Part shown: positions 28,114 to 36,630 of the stretch, in pieces
How the letters are laid out: every line of letters begins with the position of its first letter
Position numbering within the stretch: the stretch's first letter is position 1
NCBI GenBank assembly: GCA_964579335.1
Contig: CAZOFS010000002.1
Coordinates: forward strand, 9,581-73,580
From: an uncultured Bdellovibrionales bacterium
GTDB lineage: Bacteria; Patescibacteriota; Minisyncoccia; Moranbacterales; UBA1568
Reading direction: 5' to 3'
Length of the DNA stretch: 64,000 bases
The notes under the pieces: generated by a model
The model's database searches: none
Seen by the model: only the letters and a program-made list of their open reading frames with translations
Told to the model about the DNA's origin: nothing
Program-made: the position numbers and the translations under genes

Positions 28114-30429
28114 ATGAAGAGTCTCTCCTCCACCTTGGGAAGCCCTTCCCTTCTGTGGTATGCTCTAGGCGAAAGTCTTATCTACCACCTTCCTACCACC
28201 ATGCCCGTACCGATGCTTATCTCGCTTGGCTTTGCTCTCACCATAGCGTTTGTCTGGATCCAAACCCACTTCTTCCCGAGTCATCCCTGGACGAAGACAG
28301 CTTTGCCCTTGGCCCTCAGTTACGGCTGGGCACTGCTCATCGCTTGGACCTGGGGTCGCTCCAAGCAAAAACCAGCCATCACCCCATTCTCCCTTGCTGT
28401 CTTTATTTTTCTCATCGCACTTTTTCTTTTCAATGTTCGAGTATTCATCGTTCCTCTGTTTCTCGAAACCGCTCCCCATGCGACCATAGACCGCTTCTGG
28501 GAAGTAAACGCTCTTGTGAGTCAAAACCTAGTTGCTCTTCTTGCTCTCTATGCAGCGCTGACAATTATCTTTCTCCTCATTGGATCTTGTTTCGATCGTC
28601 TGCTTAAAAAAATTCCACTTCTCGCAACAAACCTTCCTTCACTCCGCTACCTCACATGGCTCGGACTGGGAATCTTGGTTGGGCCTATTGCTCTCCTGGG
28701 ATTAGCTTGGATTGACCAGATAAATCAGTTTACGATTGTCAGTGCCATCATCGCCCTTGGTATCATGCGTTGGTCAGTACTGTGGTCACTCGGGAAGCGC
28801 TTTTTTACGTTCCAAATTTCAATCCCTCCTCGCTGGTCATTCGCCTGGCTCCTCTTTATTTTTATCTCAGTCCTCCTTGCCCTCAATCTGAGTGAAACCC
28901 TCCGACCAGCCCCCACCGGTTATGACGATAGTATCTACTATTTTGATGTGGTCCGTGCTATCACTCTCAATCAAACCATTCCACCCAAAATCATACCCTT
29001 TGAAACCTTGGCCGCTGCGATCAGCATAGCGATCGGGGAATCAACTCAGCAATTTGCACTCGCTTTGGGAGTGTATGGGCTTTTTCTTGGCGCTCTTATC
29101 ATCTTCTCTTGTGGCCAACGCCTCTCCAGTACGAGGGGTGGACTCATAGCAGCTACTATCCTCCTCTCTACCCCCATGGGGCCAGCCCTCGCTTTGTTTG
29201 AAACCAAACCAGACTCCCTCCTCCTGCCTGTACTCCTTCTCGCCATTTGGTTTCTCATAGAGTTTTGGCACTCTACTCGTGAATCATTCTTGTTCCTGGC
29301 TAGTCTGTTCTTGAGTTTGGCTATCAGCATAAAGCTCACCGCTCTCTTTTTCCTCTCAGGTTTTCTCGTGGTACTCGCTTGGGTCGCTCTCCGGGAGAGA
29401 CTACCTCGAAGACACTTCCTCCACCTCTCTTGTCTCTTGATACTCGGCCTCAGTCTTGCCCGACTCCCTTGGTTCATCCATGAAACACTGGGTCAATGGC
29501 AATCCGTTGATACTGCTACCCTCTCTTGGGCTCTCAACACAACGCTCGAGCCACTCGCATGTACCACTACTGGTGCGATCGAAGATTTTGCCCGCTTTAG
29601 ATATGCATATGACAGCACTTTTCTCAAGATACTTCGGCTACCCTGGGATATCACTATGAATCGCCAAGTCAATACCTTTGCTACTGAGATCGGCTTTTTG
29701 TTTCTCGCCTGGCTTCCTTTTATTATCTTCACGGGGTGGCAATCGCTACGATCACAAAAAGTTAATACCTCAAACAGCTGGATTCCCTTGAGTATCGTCA
29801 CCATAAGCGGACTCTTCCTCTGGGGAATATTTGGCCAAGAGGTTCCCTGGTATTTCTATCCTGCTCTCGCACCACTTGCCTTACTCATAGCTTTCTCTTT
29901 CGAACAAACCAATCATCCGAAGCACTTGACTTACCTCCTCGCCATCCTCCTTATTATTGGACTTCTCGGTAGTACACTCATCCGACTCAAGTTTGCTGGC
30001 GAGAGTTATAAACTCCAATCAATTATCAATCAACATGACACGCTGAAGTACCTCGATAGCGCTCAACCTGGTTTTCAAAAGGCTATGAGCATTCTCAATG
30101 CCGACCCAACGGCCCGTATCTGGCTTACCAACTCTCGCTTTTGGTACGGGATTGAACGAAATTCCGAGCGAGCCTACATGGATAACTCACTAGATACCTT
30201 TGCCTGCCTCCTCAAGGCTCAGGGTGCGGATGGGGTGATCGCCACCTGGCGCTCCCTCGGGATCCGCTATATTCTTTTCAACAAAAGTTTGCTTCAGTCC
30301 ATGGAGCACAGTAACCCCGCAAGTTATAGCCAAAAAATCCGGGCTTTCACCGAGTTTGCTGGAGAGTACCTCCGCCCCGTCTGGGGTTCACCCTATCATA
30401 TGATTCTCGAAATCGCTCCAACGCGTTAA
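28114..30429 (+). CDS. large polytopic membrane protein, GT-C-fold glycosyltransferase-like (ArnT/PMT/YfhO-like)
   Basis: 771 aa, at least 14 predicted TM helices, extracytoplasmic loop with 'YDDSIYYFD', soluble C-terminal domain of about 200 aa. Family assignment is tentative. Confidence 0.4.
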   Translation: MKSLSSTLGSPSLLWYALGESLIYHLPTTMPVPMLISLGFALTIAFVWIQTHFFPSHPWTKTALPLALSYGWALLIAWTWGRSKQKPAITPFSLAVFIFLIALFLFNVRVFIVPLFLETAPHATIDRFWEVNALVSQNLVALLALYAALTIIFLLIGSCFDRLLKKIPLLATNLPSLRYLTWLGLGILVGPIALLGLAWIDQINQFTIVSAIIALGIMRWSVLWSLGKRFFTFQISIPPRWSFAWLLFIFISVLLALNLSETLRPAPTGYDDSIYYFDVVRAITLNQTIPPKIIPFETLAAAISIAIGESTQQFALALGVYGLFLGALIIFSCGQRLSSTRGGLIAATILLSTPMGPALALFETKPDSLLLPVLLLAIWFLIEFWHSTRESFLFLASLFLSLAISIKLTALFFLSGFLVVLAWVALRERLPRRHFLHLSCLLILGLSLARLPWFIHETLGQWQSVDTATLSWALNTTLEPLACTTTGAIEDFARFRYAYDSTFLKILRLPWDITMNRQVNTFATEIGFLFLAWLPFIIFTGWQSLRSQKVNTSNSWIPLSIVTISGLFLWGIFGQEVPWYFYPALAPLALLIAFSFEQTNHPKHLTYLLAILLIIGLLGSTLIRLKFAGESYKLQSIINQHDTLKYLDSAQPGFQKAMSILNADPTARIWLTNSRFWYGIERNSERAYMDNSLDTFACLLKAQGADGVIATWRSLGIRYILFNKSLLQSMEHSNPASYSQKIRAFTEFAGEYLRPVWGSPYHMILEIAPTR

Positions 30430-30989
30430 CGCTTTGGTTGGGAATTCGTTTTGGAATCGACTATCGAACGTGTAGCACTAGTATCAGTAGTGTCCTTCTT
30501 GCGCCGAGCGTAATAAAACCACGCGAAGTACAGTCCTGCCAGAACTAAAAGATTGGGAATAAATATTTCTGGTCGTCCCCAATTGGTACCATTAACATGG
30601 AAGTCTGAAATAGGCCACAGGAATGGGGTAGGGAAAAATTTTTCAGAATGTGTCGGGATATCCACCAAGATATGAAGTGGCCAACCGAGCATCTCTATGA
30701 GTGGGCGCTTGCGAATCAGCCACACCAGACCAAAGACTACAGCAAATACCACCAGACTATGTGTGCCATCATAAAGTGAGTGGACAAAAGTTGGTATGGC
30801 CGATGGATCGGGATGATTACCGGATGACCAGTCAGGCTGCTCGGCGAATCCCAAGAACGTCAGAATAAAGAAGAGTCCAAACGAAAAAAGATCTGGTGCT
30901 ATCCCAAAGAAAAACGCCAGCCAATAACTCCAGCGGCTCTTCCTCCCAAAGGCCACCCCGCCATATAATCCGTGAGAGAAAATATCCAT
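30426..30989 (-). CDS. membrane-bound metal-dependent hydrolase-like protein (YdjM/DUF457-like)
   Basis: 187 aa, N-terminal 'MDIFSHGLYG', conserved His residues, 3-4 TM helices. Confidence 0.4.
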   Translation of the reverse strand: MDIFSHGLYGGVAFGRKSRWSYWLAFFFGIAPDLFSFGLFFILTFLGFAEQPDWSSGNHPDPSAIPTFVHSLYDGTHSLVVFAVVFGLVWLIRKRPLIEMLGWPLHILVDIPTHSEKFFPTPFLWPISDFHVNGTNWGRPEIFIPNLLVLAGLYFAWFYYARRKKDTTDTSATRSIVDSKTNSQPKR

Positions 30990-31093
30990 AATAATTGGTG
31001 AGCTATCTCTTACTCAATTGGAACTCTATCATAGCAGAACTCCAGGCTTGGCAGGAGATTGGGATGGCTGTAGAACAGATTCTTTGAGACTCA

Positions 31094-31519
31094 TTATTCA
31101 CTTTTACTTTGCAACATGGCCCAAGCTCTTTGTATTCCGATTTTGTAAAACTCCGGCATATTCAGGCTGGAAACTTCTGCCATTGGAAAATCGTGAAATT
31201 CGGCCCTCCCTGCCTCGCCATCTATTTCAAATTCCCCACCCTTTTCTAGAAGTTTGCAGAGATAACTGACAACCAACACTCCACGAGATTCGTCAATGGA
31301 TACTGTAATGGTGTAAAGATGAGCTTGTACAATATCAACTACTTCCGTAGTAAAACCCAACTCTTCTTGCATTTCTCTCACTACGGTTTGTTCTGGTTGC
31401 TCGCCCGATTCAAGTTTACCACCCGGCAACTCCCATTCATTGCGTTCATTTTTTCTTAGCCAAACCCTACCTTTGTCAAAGACAATACCTTTTACAGAAA
31501 TTGGGACCACGTACGCCAT
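31094..31519 (-). CDS. NUDIX hydrolase
   Basis: Nudix box 'GGKLESGEQPEQTVVREMQEELG'. Confidence 0.8.
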   Translation of the reverse strand: MAYVVPISVKGIVFDKGRVWLRKNERNEWELPGGKLESGEQPEQTVVREMQEELGFTTEVVDIVQAHLYTITVSIDESRGVLVVSYLCKLLEKGGEFEIDGEAGRAEFHDFPMAEVSSLNMPEFYKIGIQRAWAMLQSKSE

Positions 31520-31543
31520 AGGATTGTATTTACATCAAACTTG

Positions 31544-31614
31544 TGGACCCGAGGAGAATCGAACTCCTGCCTCTGCAATGCGAATGCAGCGTTGTACCAC
31601 TTAACTACGGGCCC
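31544..31614 (-). tRNA. tRNA-Cys (anticodon GCA)
   Basis: Reverse complement GGGCCCGTAGTTAAGTGGTACAACGCTGCATTCGCATTGCAGAGGCAGGAGTTCGATTCTCCTCGGGTCCA folds as a cloverleaf. It has a 7-bp acceptor stem, an anticodon stem CTGCA/TGCAG with loop TTCGCAT, and a T-arm GGAGTTCGATTCTCC. CCA is not encoded. Confidence 0.85.
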
Positions 31615-31660
31615 AAAGAACGGAGCTAGTATACCAGCTCCATCCAAAAGAGCAATGCTG

Positions 31661-32863
31661 CTACATTCCTGATGATTCAATGCGTACTGCTGGCTGAGAC
31701 GAACTTGGCTGAAAGGGAGCGGTATTCATTGGGGTAAGTTTGGTCTTGACCGTATCACAGCTTCGCCCAACCCCATGTTCATACCAAATCCCTTCTGTGC
31801 CGTACCTATTTGTCGGCTGAGTGGTCATTGATTGAAGGGCAAAGGTGGCACACAGTTCATACTCACCAACTGGAACTGACCCATCCAGCCGGTTTTGAGT
31901 GATCACCTGGTACTCATACGCCACGCCAGTCTCAGGGTCATTCATATATCCCAGGCAGTAATTGTATTCGCTCACCTGACGGAATTCCTCAAGCGTGGCT
32001 GGAAGGCGTTGATAACTCAGAGCATACTGCTCAATACAACTCGCCAGAGAACTCAAGTGACCCGCTCGAGTCTCATCAAAACTGCGCTCACGCTCGGTCA
32101 TGGGTGACCCGCTTGCGACAAACCCAAGGACGATACCCACGACTACAGCTACGGTCATCCCTAGCCCTATGCGCTGGAAAAGTACTCGTGGGATATCGGC
32201 CCGGTACTGGATCTTTTTTCGTTCAAAGTAGTAGAAACCAAAGATGCTCCCGGCAATACCAAGAATGACCAAGGCCTTGAGGAAGAAGCGCATGGTGATT
32301 TCACCTTGAAGGAAGGTATAGACTACCGTGATGAGATCTCCGACAATAGTGACGGCGGTAATAAGGAGGACGAGATAGGTAAGCCACTTAGAGAGTTTGG
32401 ACTCCACCCGACCTTCATCTTCACGGAATTTGCGAAACCACAGGCGCATCGCGAAGTAGTAGAGCGGATAGCCGATGATAAGTGCTGCGGTAGCGTAGTG
32501 AATAGCATCAGCCGAAGCCCCCGCGACATACCAATTGGTAGCGTCAAGCGCATCGGGAAAGAAGTGATTGATCACCTGGAACAAGAGCGTCCCGAGGGCA
32601 GTGGCTACGATACCGAGGAGAATAAAAGAGAAAAAGTTAATCACCACATCGACTGTGCCAGCTTTCTTGGCCAAAGTTGGTCGATTGAGTGCATCAGGGA
32701 GTGGCGCTCCGAGAGTTACTACCGCTCCACGGTAGGCCATTTCTACCTCCTCATCGGTCCAACCGAGGGCCGCGAGCTCCTCATGCACTTCGGACTTAGG
32801 TATCCCAGCCCGTAACCGATTTACGACATATTCCCCCAGCGCTTGTGTATCCATAGTTCTCAA
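31661..32863 (-). CDS. hypothetical polytopic membrane protein
   Basis: 400 aa, 4-5 TM helices, Cys-containing C-terminal extracytoplasmic domain. No family recognised. Confidence 0.5.
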   Translation of the reverse strand: MRTMDTQALGEYVVNRLRAGIPKSEVHEELAALGWTDEEVEMAYRGAVVTLGAPLPDALNRPTLAKKAGTVDVVINFFSFILLGIVATALGTLLFQVINHFFPDALDATNWYVAGASADAIHYATAALIIGYPLYYFAMRLWFRKFREDEGRVESKLSKWLTYLVLLITAVTIVGDLITVVYTFLQGEITMRFFLKALVILGIAGSIFGFYYFERKKIQYRADIPRVLFQRIGLGMTVAVVVGIVLGFVASGSPMTERERSFDETRAGHLSSLASCIEQYALSYQRLPATLEEFRQVSEYNYCLGYMNDPETGVAYEYQVITQNRLDGSVPVGEYELCATFALQSMTTQPTNRYGTEGIWYEHGVGRSCDTVKTKLTPMNTAPFQPSSSQPAVRIESSGM

Positions 32864-32921
32864 GTCAATAATACTCTTTCAGTATACCACCCTCACGGAC
32901 AGCACCTTGATGGTATACTAA

Positions 32922-33173
32922 ATGAGCAGTCTCTCTTTACTTTTCATACCTATCATCTCTATGCATTCGATCACCGTACGCTACCTCACCAAGAATCTTG
33001 CAACCGTCATCGGCCTCGTCCTCGTCTGGCGCGGTATCTGGCATCTCCTTGATGGTGTCGATAAATTTTTCTTTGCTGGTAGTCATTTCTGGACTGCAGT
33101 CCCTGGTATTATCCTCGGCCTCATTATCCTCTACCTCCCTGACAAGGATCTAAAAGAAATTGAGAAACTCTAA
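32922..33173 (+). CDS. hypothetical small membrane protein (83 aa, 2 TM)
   Basis: Two hydrophobic helices. Reasonable coding composition. Confidence 0.4.
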   Translation: MSSLSLLFIPIISMHSITVRYLTKNLATVIGLVLVWRGIWHLLDGVDKFFFAGSHFWTAVPGIILGLIILYLPDKDLKEIEKL

Positions 33174-33174
33174 G

Positions 33175-33645
33175 TTACAACTCGGTAACTACTGTTATTT
33201 TCTGTTCCAAAACCTGGTCACTCTGGCCAAAGAGAAATGTGGTCCGAAATTTTTTTCCTTGGAGAAAAATGGGAATCCACAAGTGGTCATCGGGCCACAT
33301 GGTCGCATAGGGAATAGCGTCAATCGGAAACCATTCTGGGCGCATTTCTTCCGTCTCGACTGGTTCACCCTCCCAGGTGTCACCGCGAAATACATGCACT
33401 TCAAGAATATTTCCCCGATCATGTGCAAATTCAAACTCATGCACTCCTACTTCCTCCATCTTTCTAAGTTCTAGACCGCATTCTTCCCTGGTCTCACGGC
33501 GCGCTGCATCTTCGATTGTTTCGCCATCATGCACCTTGCCACCGAAGCCGTTGTAGCGCCCTGCCCCAAACCCTCGTTTCTTCATGCCCAAAAGTAGCCG
33601 TTCCCCGTCTCGGATCAGCACAAGAGTGAGGAGTTTGCGTGCCAT
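33175..33645 (-). CDS. NUDIX hydrolase, MTH1/NUDT1-like (oxidised purine NTP pyrophosphatase-like)
   Basis: 'GFGAGRYNGFGGKVHDGETIEDAARRETREECGL' closely follows the MTH1 pattern. 156 aa. Confidence 0.75.
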   Translation of the reverse strand: MARKLLTLVLIRDGERLLLGMKKRGFGAGRYNGFGGKVHDGETIEDAARRETREECGLELRKMEEVGVHEFEFAHDRGNILEVHVFRGDTWEGEPVETEEMRPEWFPIDAIPYATMWPDDHLWIPIFLQGKKFRTTFLFGQSDQVLEQKITVVTEL

Positions 33646-33654
33646 AAAGAGCGG

Positions 33655-34788
33655 TTAATAAATCACGATCGGAGTGCCGATATCACTCCAGGCGAAGACT
33701 CGCTCCGCAGCCCCGACCCCGAGCCGGACACAGCCATGAGAAACCGGGGTACCGAGATGATTGGCCCCCTCTTTGTACCCGCCAGGCCACTCAGGGAGCT
33801 CATGGATGCCGTACTTCCCGTCGGGGGTAATCGCCTGCCAATAGGGCATGTAGAGGCCATACTGTTTGGACCATGGTCGATTGGCTTTGTTTTGAACAGC
33901 AAATTCCCCACGTGGCGTATCCATCCCGCGCTTGCCTGAAGAAATGATAAATGAGTCAATCGCTCGCCCATCTTCAAACAAAGTCATCACCTGACTCCCG
34001 AGATTGATATCAATGTATTTCCCATCGGTTTTTTGTGGACGAGTGAGACGCTTGGCTTCATCGGTACGCAAAGCGAGATCTCGGTTCCAGGTTGTAGGCG
34101 TCGGTGGCAACGTAGCAAAAGTAGTCGCCCCCAAGAAGTGGTACTCACTATCGGGCTCACCCCGCCACTTGGCAAAAATAGAGAGGGTATGGGTTGTACC
34201 CGCCGGGAGGATGGTCTTGGGCAGCAGAGCAAATTCGGTTTTGGTTTCATTGTTCTGGTATATCACCTCTGCTTTTGGCTCCAAACGAAAATCAATAAAA
34301 AAATCTTTGACTGACATATCAAAAGTCACCTTGATCGGGTCTTCGATACCCAGGAGCACCTCTTTGGCCCCCGTCTCTGGTTCGGTCTTAGTAATACTAG
34401 GATACCTCGGACCCTCGATTCGCCAAGTACTCTCTGGGGTTGACCCAAACCAGCTGGTTTTGCCTGACCCAAGCGTGAGCTGATAGCGCGATTCAAGCGG
34501 CCAATTGAGTTCAGGAATCACAAGAAGCGTCCGATTATGATCATGCCATTCAAGCCGCAGCGGGTGAGCCGGTTCGATACTCAGTTTATGATCAAAAGAA
34601 TTCGGCTGGACTGATTGTGAAAAGTGAATGCTGATAGGTTGCCGTGGTCCCATAAGTCCCTCCTCAGCCACAGTAATAGTCACTGGGGTACGACGCAGTT
34701 CCCAGTACCAGAATGTCAGGCCAAAGAGGCCGAGGATAAGCGCGGCGAATATAATCCAAAAAAAGAAAAAGGTGATGGCGCGACGCAT
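33655..34788 (-). CDS. L,D-transpeptidase (YkuD domain) with N-terminal anchor and Ig-like repeats
   Basis: C-terminal 'GIHELPEWPGGYKEGANHLGTPVSHGCVRL' (catalytic H-G-C motif). N-terminal TM. Confidence 0.8.
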   Translation of the reverse strand: MRRAITFFFFWIIFAALILGLFGLTFWYWELRRTPVTITVAEEGLMGPRQPISIHFSQSVQPNSFDHKLSIEPAHPLRLEWHDHNRTLLVIPELNWPLESRYQLTLGSGKTSWFGSTPESTWRIEGPRYPSITKTEPETGAKEVLLGIEDPIKVTFDMSVKDFFIDFRLEPKAEVIYQNNETKTEFALLPKTILPAGTTHTLSIFAKWRGEPDSEYHFLGATTFATLPPTPTTWNRDLALRTDEAKRLTRPQKTDGKYIDINLGSQVMTLFEDGRAIDSFIISSGKRGMDTPRGEFAVQNKANRPWSKQYGLYMPYWQAITPDGKYGIHELPEWPGGYKEGANHLGTPVSHGCVRLGVGAAERVFAWSDIGTPIVIY

Positions 34789-34797
34789 GTGAAGAAA

Positions 34798-34971
34798 TTA
34801 TTCAGGGAGCTTTTCTTTTGGTGTATCTTTGAGTAGTCCAAGATGCCGTTCCACGGCTCGAAAGATTCGCTTCCGCACAATAAAGGTCACCAGACCAGTA
34901 ACGATAGCGAGGGTAAGTCCAGAGGCGATCCCTCCCCAAAATTGTGGCCAAAACTGATCCCAGAAATCCAT
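34798..34971 (-). CDS. hypothetical single-TM microprotein (57 aa)
   Basis: Hand translation 'MDFWDQFWPQFWGGIASGLTLAIVTGLVTFIVRKRIFRAVERHLGLLKDTPKEKLPE*'. Preferred over the overlapping 126-aa ORF 34802..35182, whose composition is not protein-like. Confidence 0.35.
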   Translation of the reverse strand: MDFWDQFWPQFWGGIASGLTLAIVTGLVTFIVRKRIFRAVERHLGLLKDTPKEKLPE

Positions 34972-35036
34972 ATGAAGAAGAATGATGAATAAAGAATGTG
35001 GAATATAAAAACTCTAAGTTCGTAGCTCTCGTCTCA

Positions 35037-35465
35037 CTAGTATAGCGTATTGCTGGACCATGGTACGAATAGAGCAAGGAGAAGGAGTGAAGCAGCCAAG
35101 GCCCCATCACCAAGGAAGTGAAGCGAGCGGGTATCACTATCCATCCGAGACCAGTGGCGATACTTGGGGAGAGCCGTAGCAAGGAACATAAACATCACTC
35201 CCATCCAAAAAATGTGGATCCCGAAGCGCGCCAAAACAATAACGAGAGCATGGATAGCTGCACTCATGAGGAAAGCTGGGGCGATGATCTGGAGGATGCT
35301 CTCAGGTACAATCTGTGGACTTTTGAGCCCACCCACAAGCGCTTCGGGCGATGTATGTTTGAGCGAGAGCCACTGTTGCCCAAACAACATGGGTGAATAC
35401 CACACAAATTGGATCAGCGCATAGAGCAATGCCCCGAGCGTAACAGAGAGTAGCATACTAACCAA
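35037..35465 (-). CDS. hypothetical membrane protein (142 aa, 4 TM)
   Basis: Four hydrophobic helices. Overlaps the HD gene stop by 8 bp. Confidence 0.5.
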   Translation of the reverse strand: MVSMLLSVTLGALLYALIQFVWYSPMLFGQQWLSLKHTSPEALVGGLKSPQIVPESILQIIAPAFLMSAAIHALVIVLARFGIHIFWMGVMFMFLATALPKYRHWSRMDSDTRSLHFLGDGALAASLLLLALFVPWSSNTLY

Positions 35466-36039
35466 ATAATTCTTTTTCTTTTGATTTCAAGAGTGTCATG
35501 AGTTCATCAAAATACAGTTGAATTTCTGGTGAAAGTGCCACTTTACTTTTTTTGTTTTCATACAACATGGTAAGTGTGACCTGCTTTTCTCTCCAGGTCC
35601 GGCCATTATCAAGATACATTTTTAACAGCGGTTCGATTTTATCCAAAGCATAGACAAACCGACTCTCCCGATCGTCTTTGGCCATGTACGCTCGGATAGA
35701 TTCATGTATATCTGGCACCTCTGGTAGTTCTCGTTGAAGTCGAAGAGCAGCAAGACGTTCTCGCTCAACTTTACTCTCAAGCAAAGCCTTATCCTTGGAG
35801 TAAATGTACGTATCACCAGCATACACTTCGATCAAATCATGAGACAGTGCGTAACGTAGCACTTTCTCTCGGTTTAAATCATGTTGGTGAGTATCGAGAA
35901 TATACCAAGCCAGCATAGCCAGGTGAAAGGAGTGCTCAACATCATTTTCCCAACGGTCAGAGCCGTTCACTCGAACCACTCGCTCAACCAGGCGTAAGTC
36001 GTTCAAAAACTTGGTAAATTGCAGGAGTTTCTCAAGCAT
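35458..36039 (-). CDS. HD-domain phosphohydrolase, YfbR-like 5'-deoxynucleotidase
   Basis: 'VEHSFHLAMLAWYI...LSHDLIEVYAGD' HD motif, 193 aa. Confidence 0.7.
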   Translation of the reverse strand: MLEKLLQFTKFLNDLRLVERVVRVNGSDRWENDVEHSFHLAMLAWYILDTHQHDLNREKVLRYALSHDLIEVYAGDTYIYSKDKALLESKVERERLAALRLQRELPEVPDIHESIRAYMAKDDRESRFVYALDKIEPLLKMYLDNGRTWREKQVTLTMLYENKKSKVALSPEIQLYFDELMTLLKSKEKELFG

Positions 36040-36105
36040 ATCTTCTGAGTTATATTCTTATTCGCCAACTCAAGCGCCTGCCGCCTCTGGTGGGAATTAG
36101 AGACA

Positions 36106-36300
36106 TTATACCGGTTCACCAAATACTTCTTCTTTGACTTTCCTGATACTGGCTTCATCTTCAAGAATCACACCTTTGTGGAGTTTGTAGAGGAGTGGGA
36201 TGACGCCGCAGCTTTCACATCTGCCCCAATTACACCCCTTCTTTTCATGATGCAGCTTCCGGCACATCGCAAGCTCTTTTTCAAATGTCGCTTGGTCCAT
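36106..36300 (-). CDS. hypothetical small CxxC protein (64 aa)
   Basis: 'CRKLHHEKKGCNWGRCESCGV' has a four-Cys cluster. Start at the ATG at 36300. Confidence 0.4.
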   Translation of the reverse strand: MDQATFEKELAMCRKLHHEKKGCNWGRCESCGVIPLLYKLHKGVILEDEASIRKVKEEVFGEPV

Positions 36301-36310
36301 AGAAGAATAC

Positions 36311-36622
36311 CTACCTTGATTTAGATTTTTTTTGATTTTCAACAATAGAAACATCACTACTACTAATCTCCAACTCCCCTTTATTTTCAAAAGATCCAGC
36401 TTTAATATTTGTGCTAGAGACTTTCATCGTTCCACTATTACTTATGGGACCACCAATAATACTGACGTTATATCTTTTTTCAGCAACGTTATCGCCTTCA
36501 AATCCAAATTTTCCCTTCAGAAAATCTATATAAAACTTTACGCGTCCATTAAACTTAAGCACACCAATCAGAATTATTAGAAGAATAACTACAAAGAGAT
36601 AAACAAAATATTTGTCTTCCAT
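36311..36622 (-). CDS. hypothetical single-TM small protein (103 aa)
   Basis: 'MEDKYFVYLFVVILLIILIGVL' TM, then an S/N-rich tail. AT-rich coding sequence. Confidence 0.4.
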   Translation of the reverse strand: MEDKYFVYLFVVILLIILIGVLKFNGRVKFYIDFLKGKFGFEGDNVAEKRYNVSIIGGPISNSGTMKVSSTNIKAGSFENKGELEISSSDVSIVENQKKSKSR

Positions 36623-36630
36623 AGAGAATA

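Noticed and set aside
34802-35182. 126-aa minus-strand ORF from the six-frame track
   Set aside because: Its composition is W/Y/S/R-rich and not protein-like, and it overlaps the credible 142-aa membrane-protein gene. A different frame gives a clean 57-aa single-TM microprotein (34798-34971), reported instead with low confidence.
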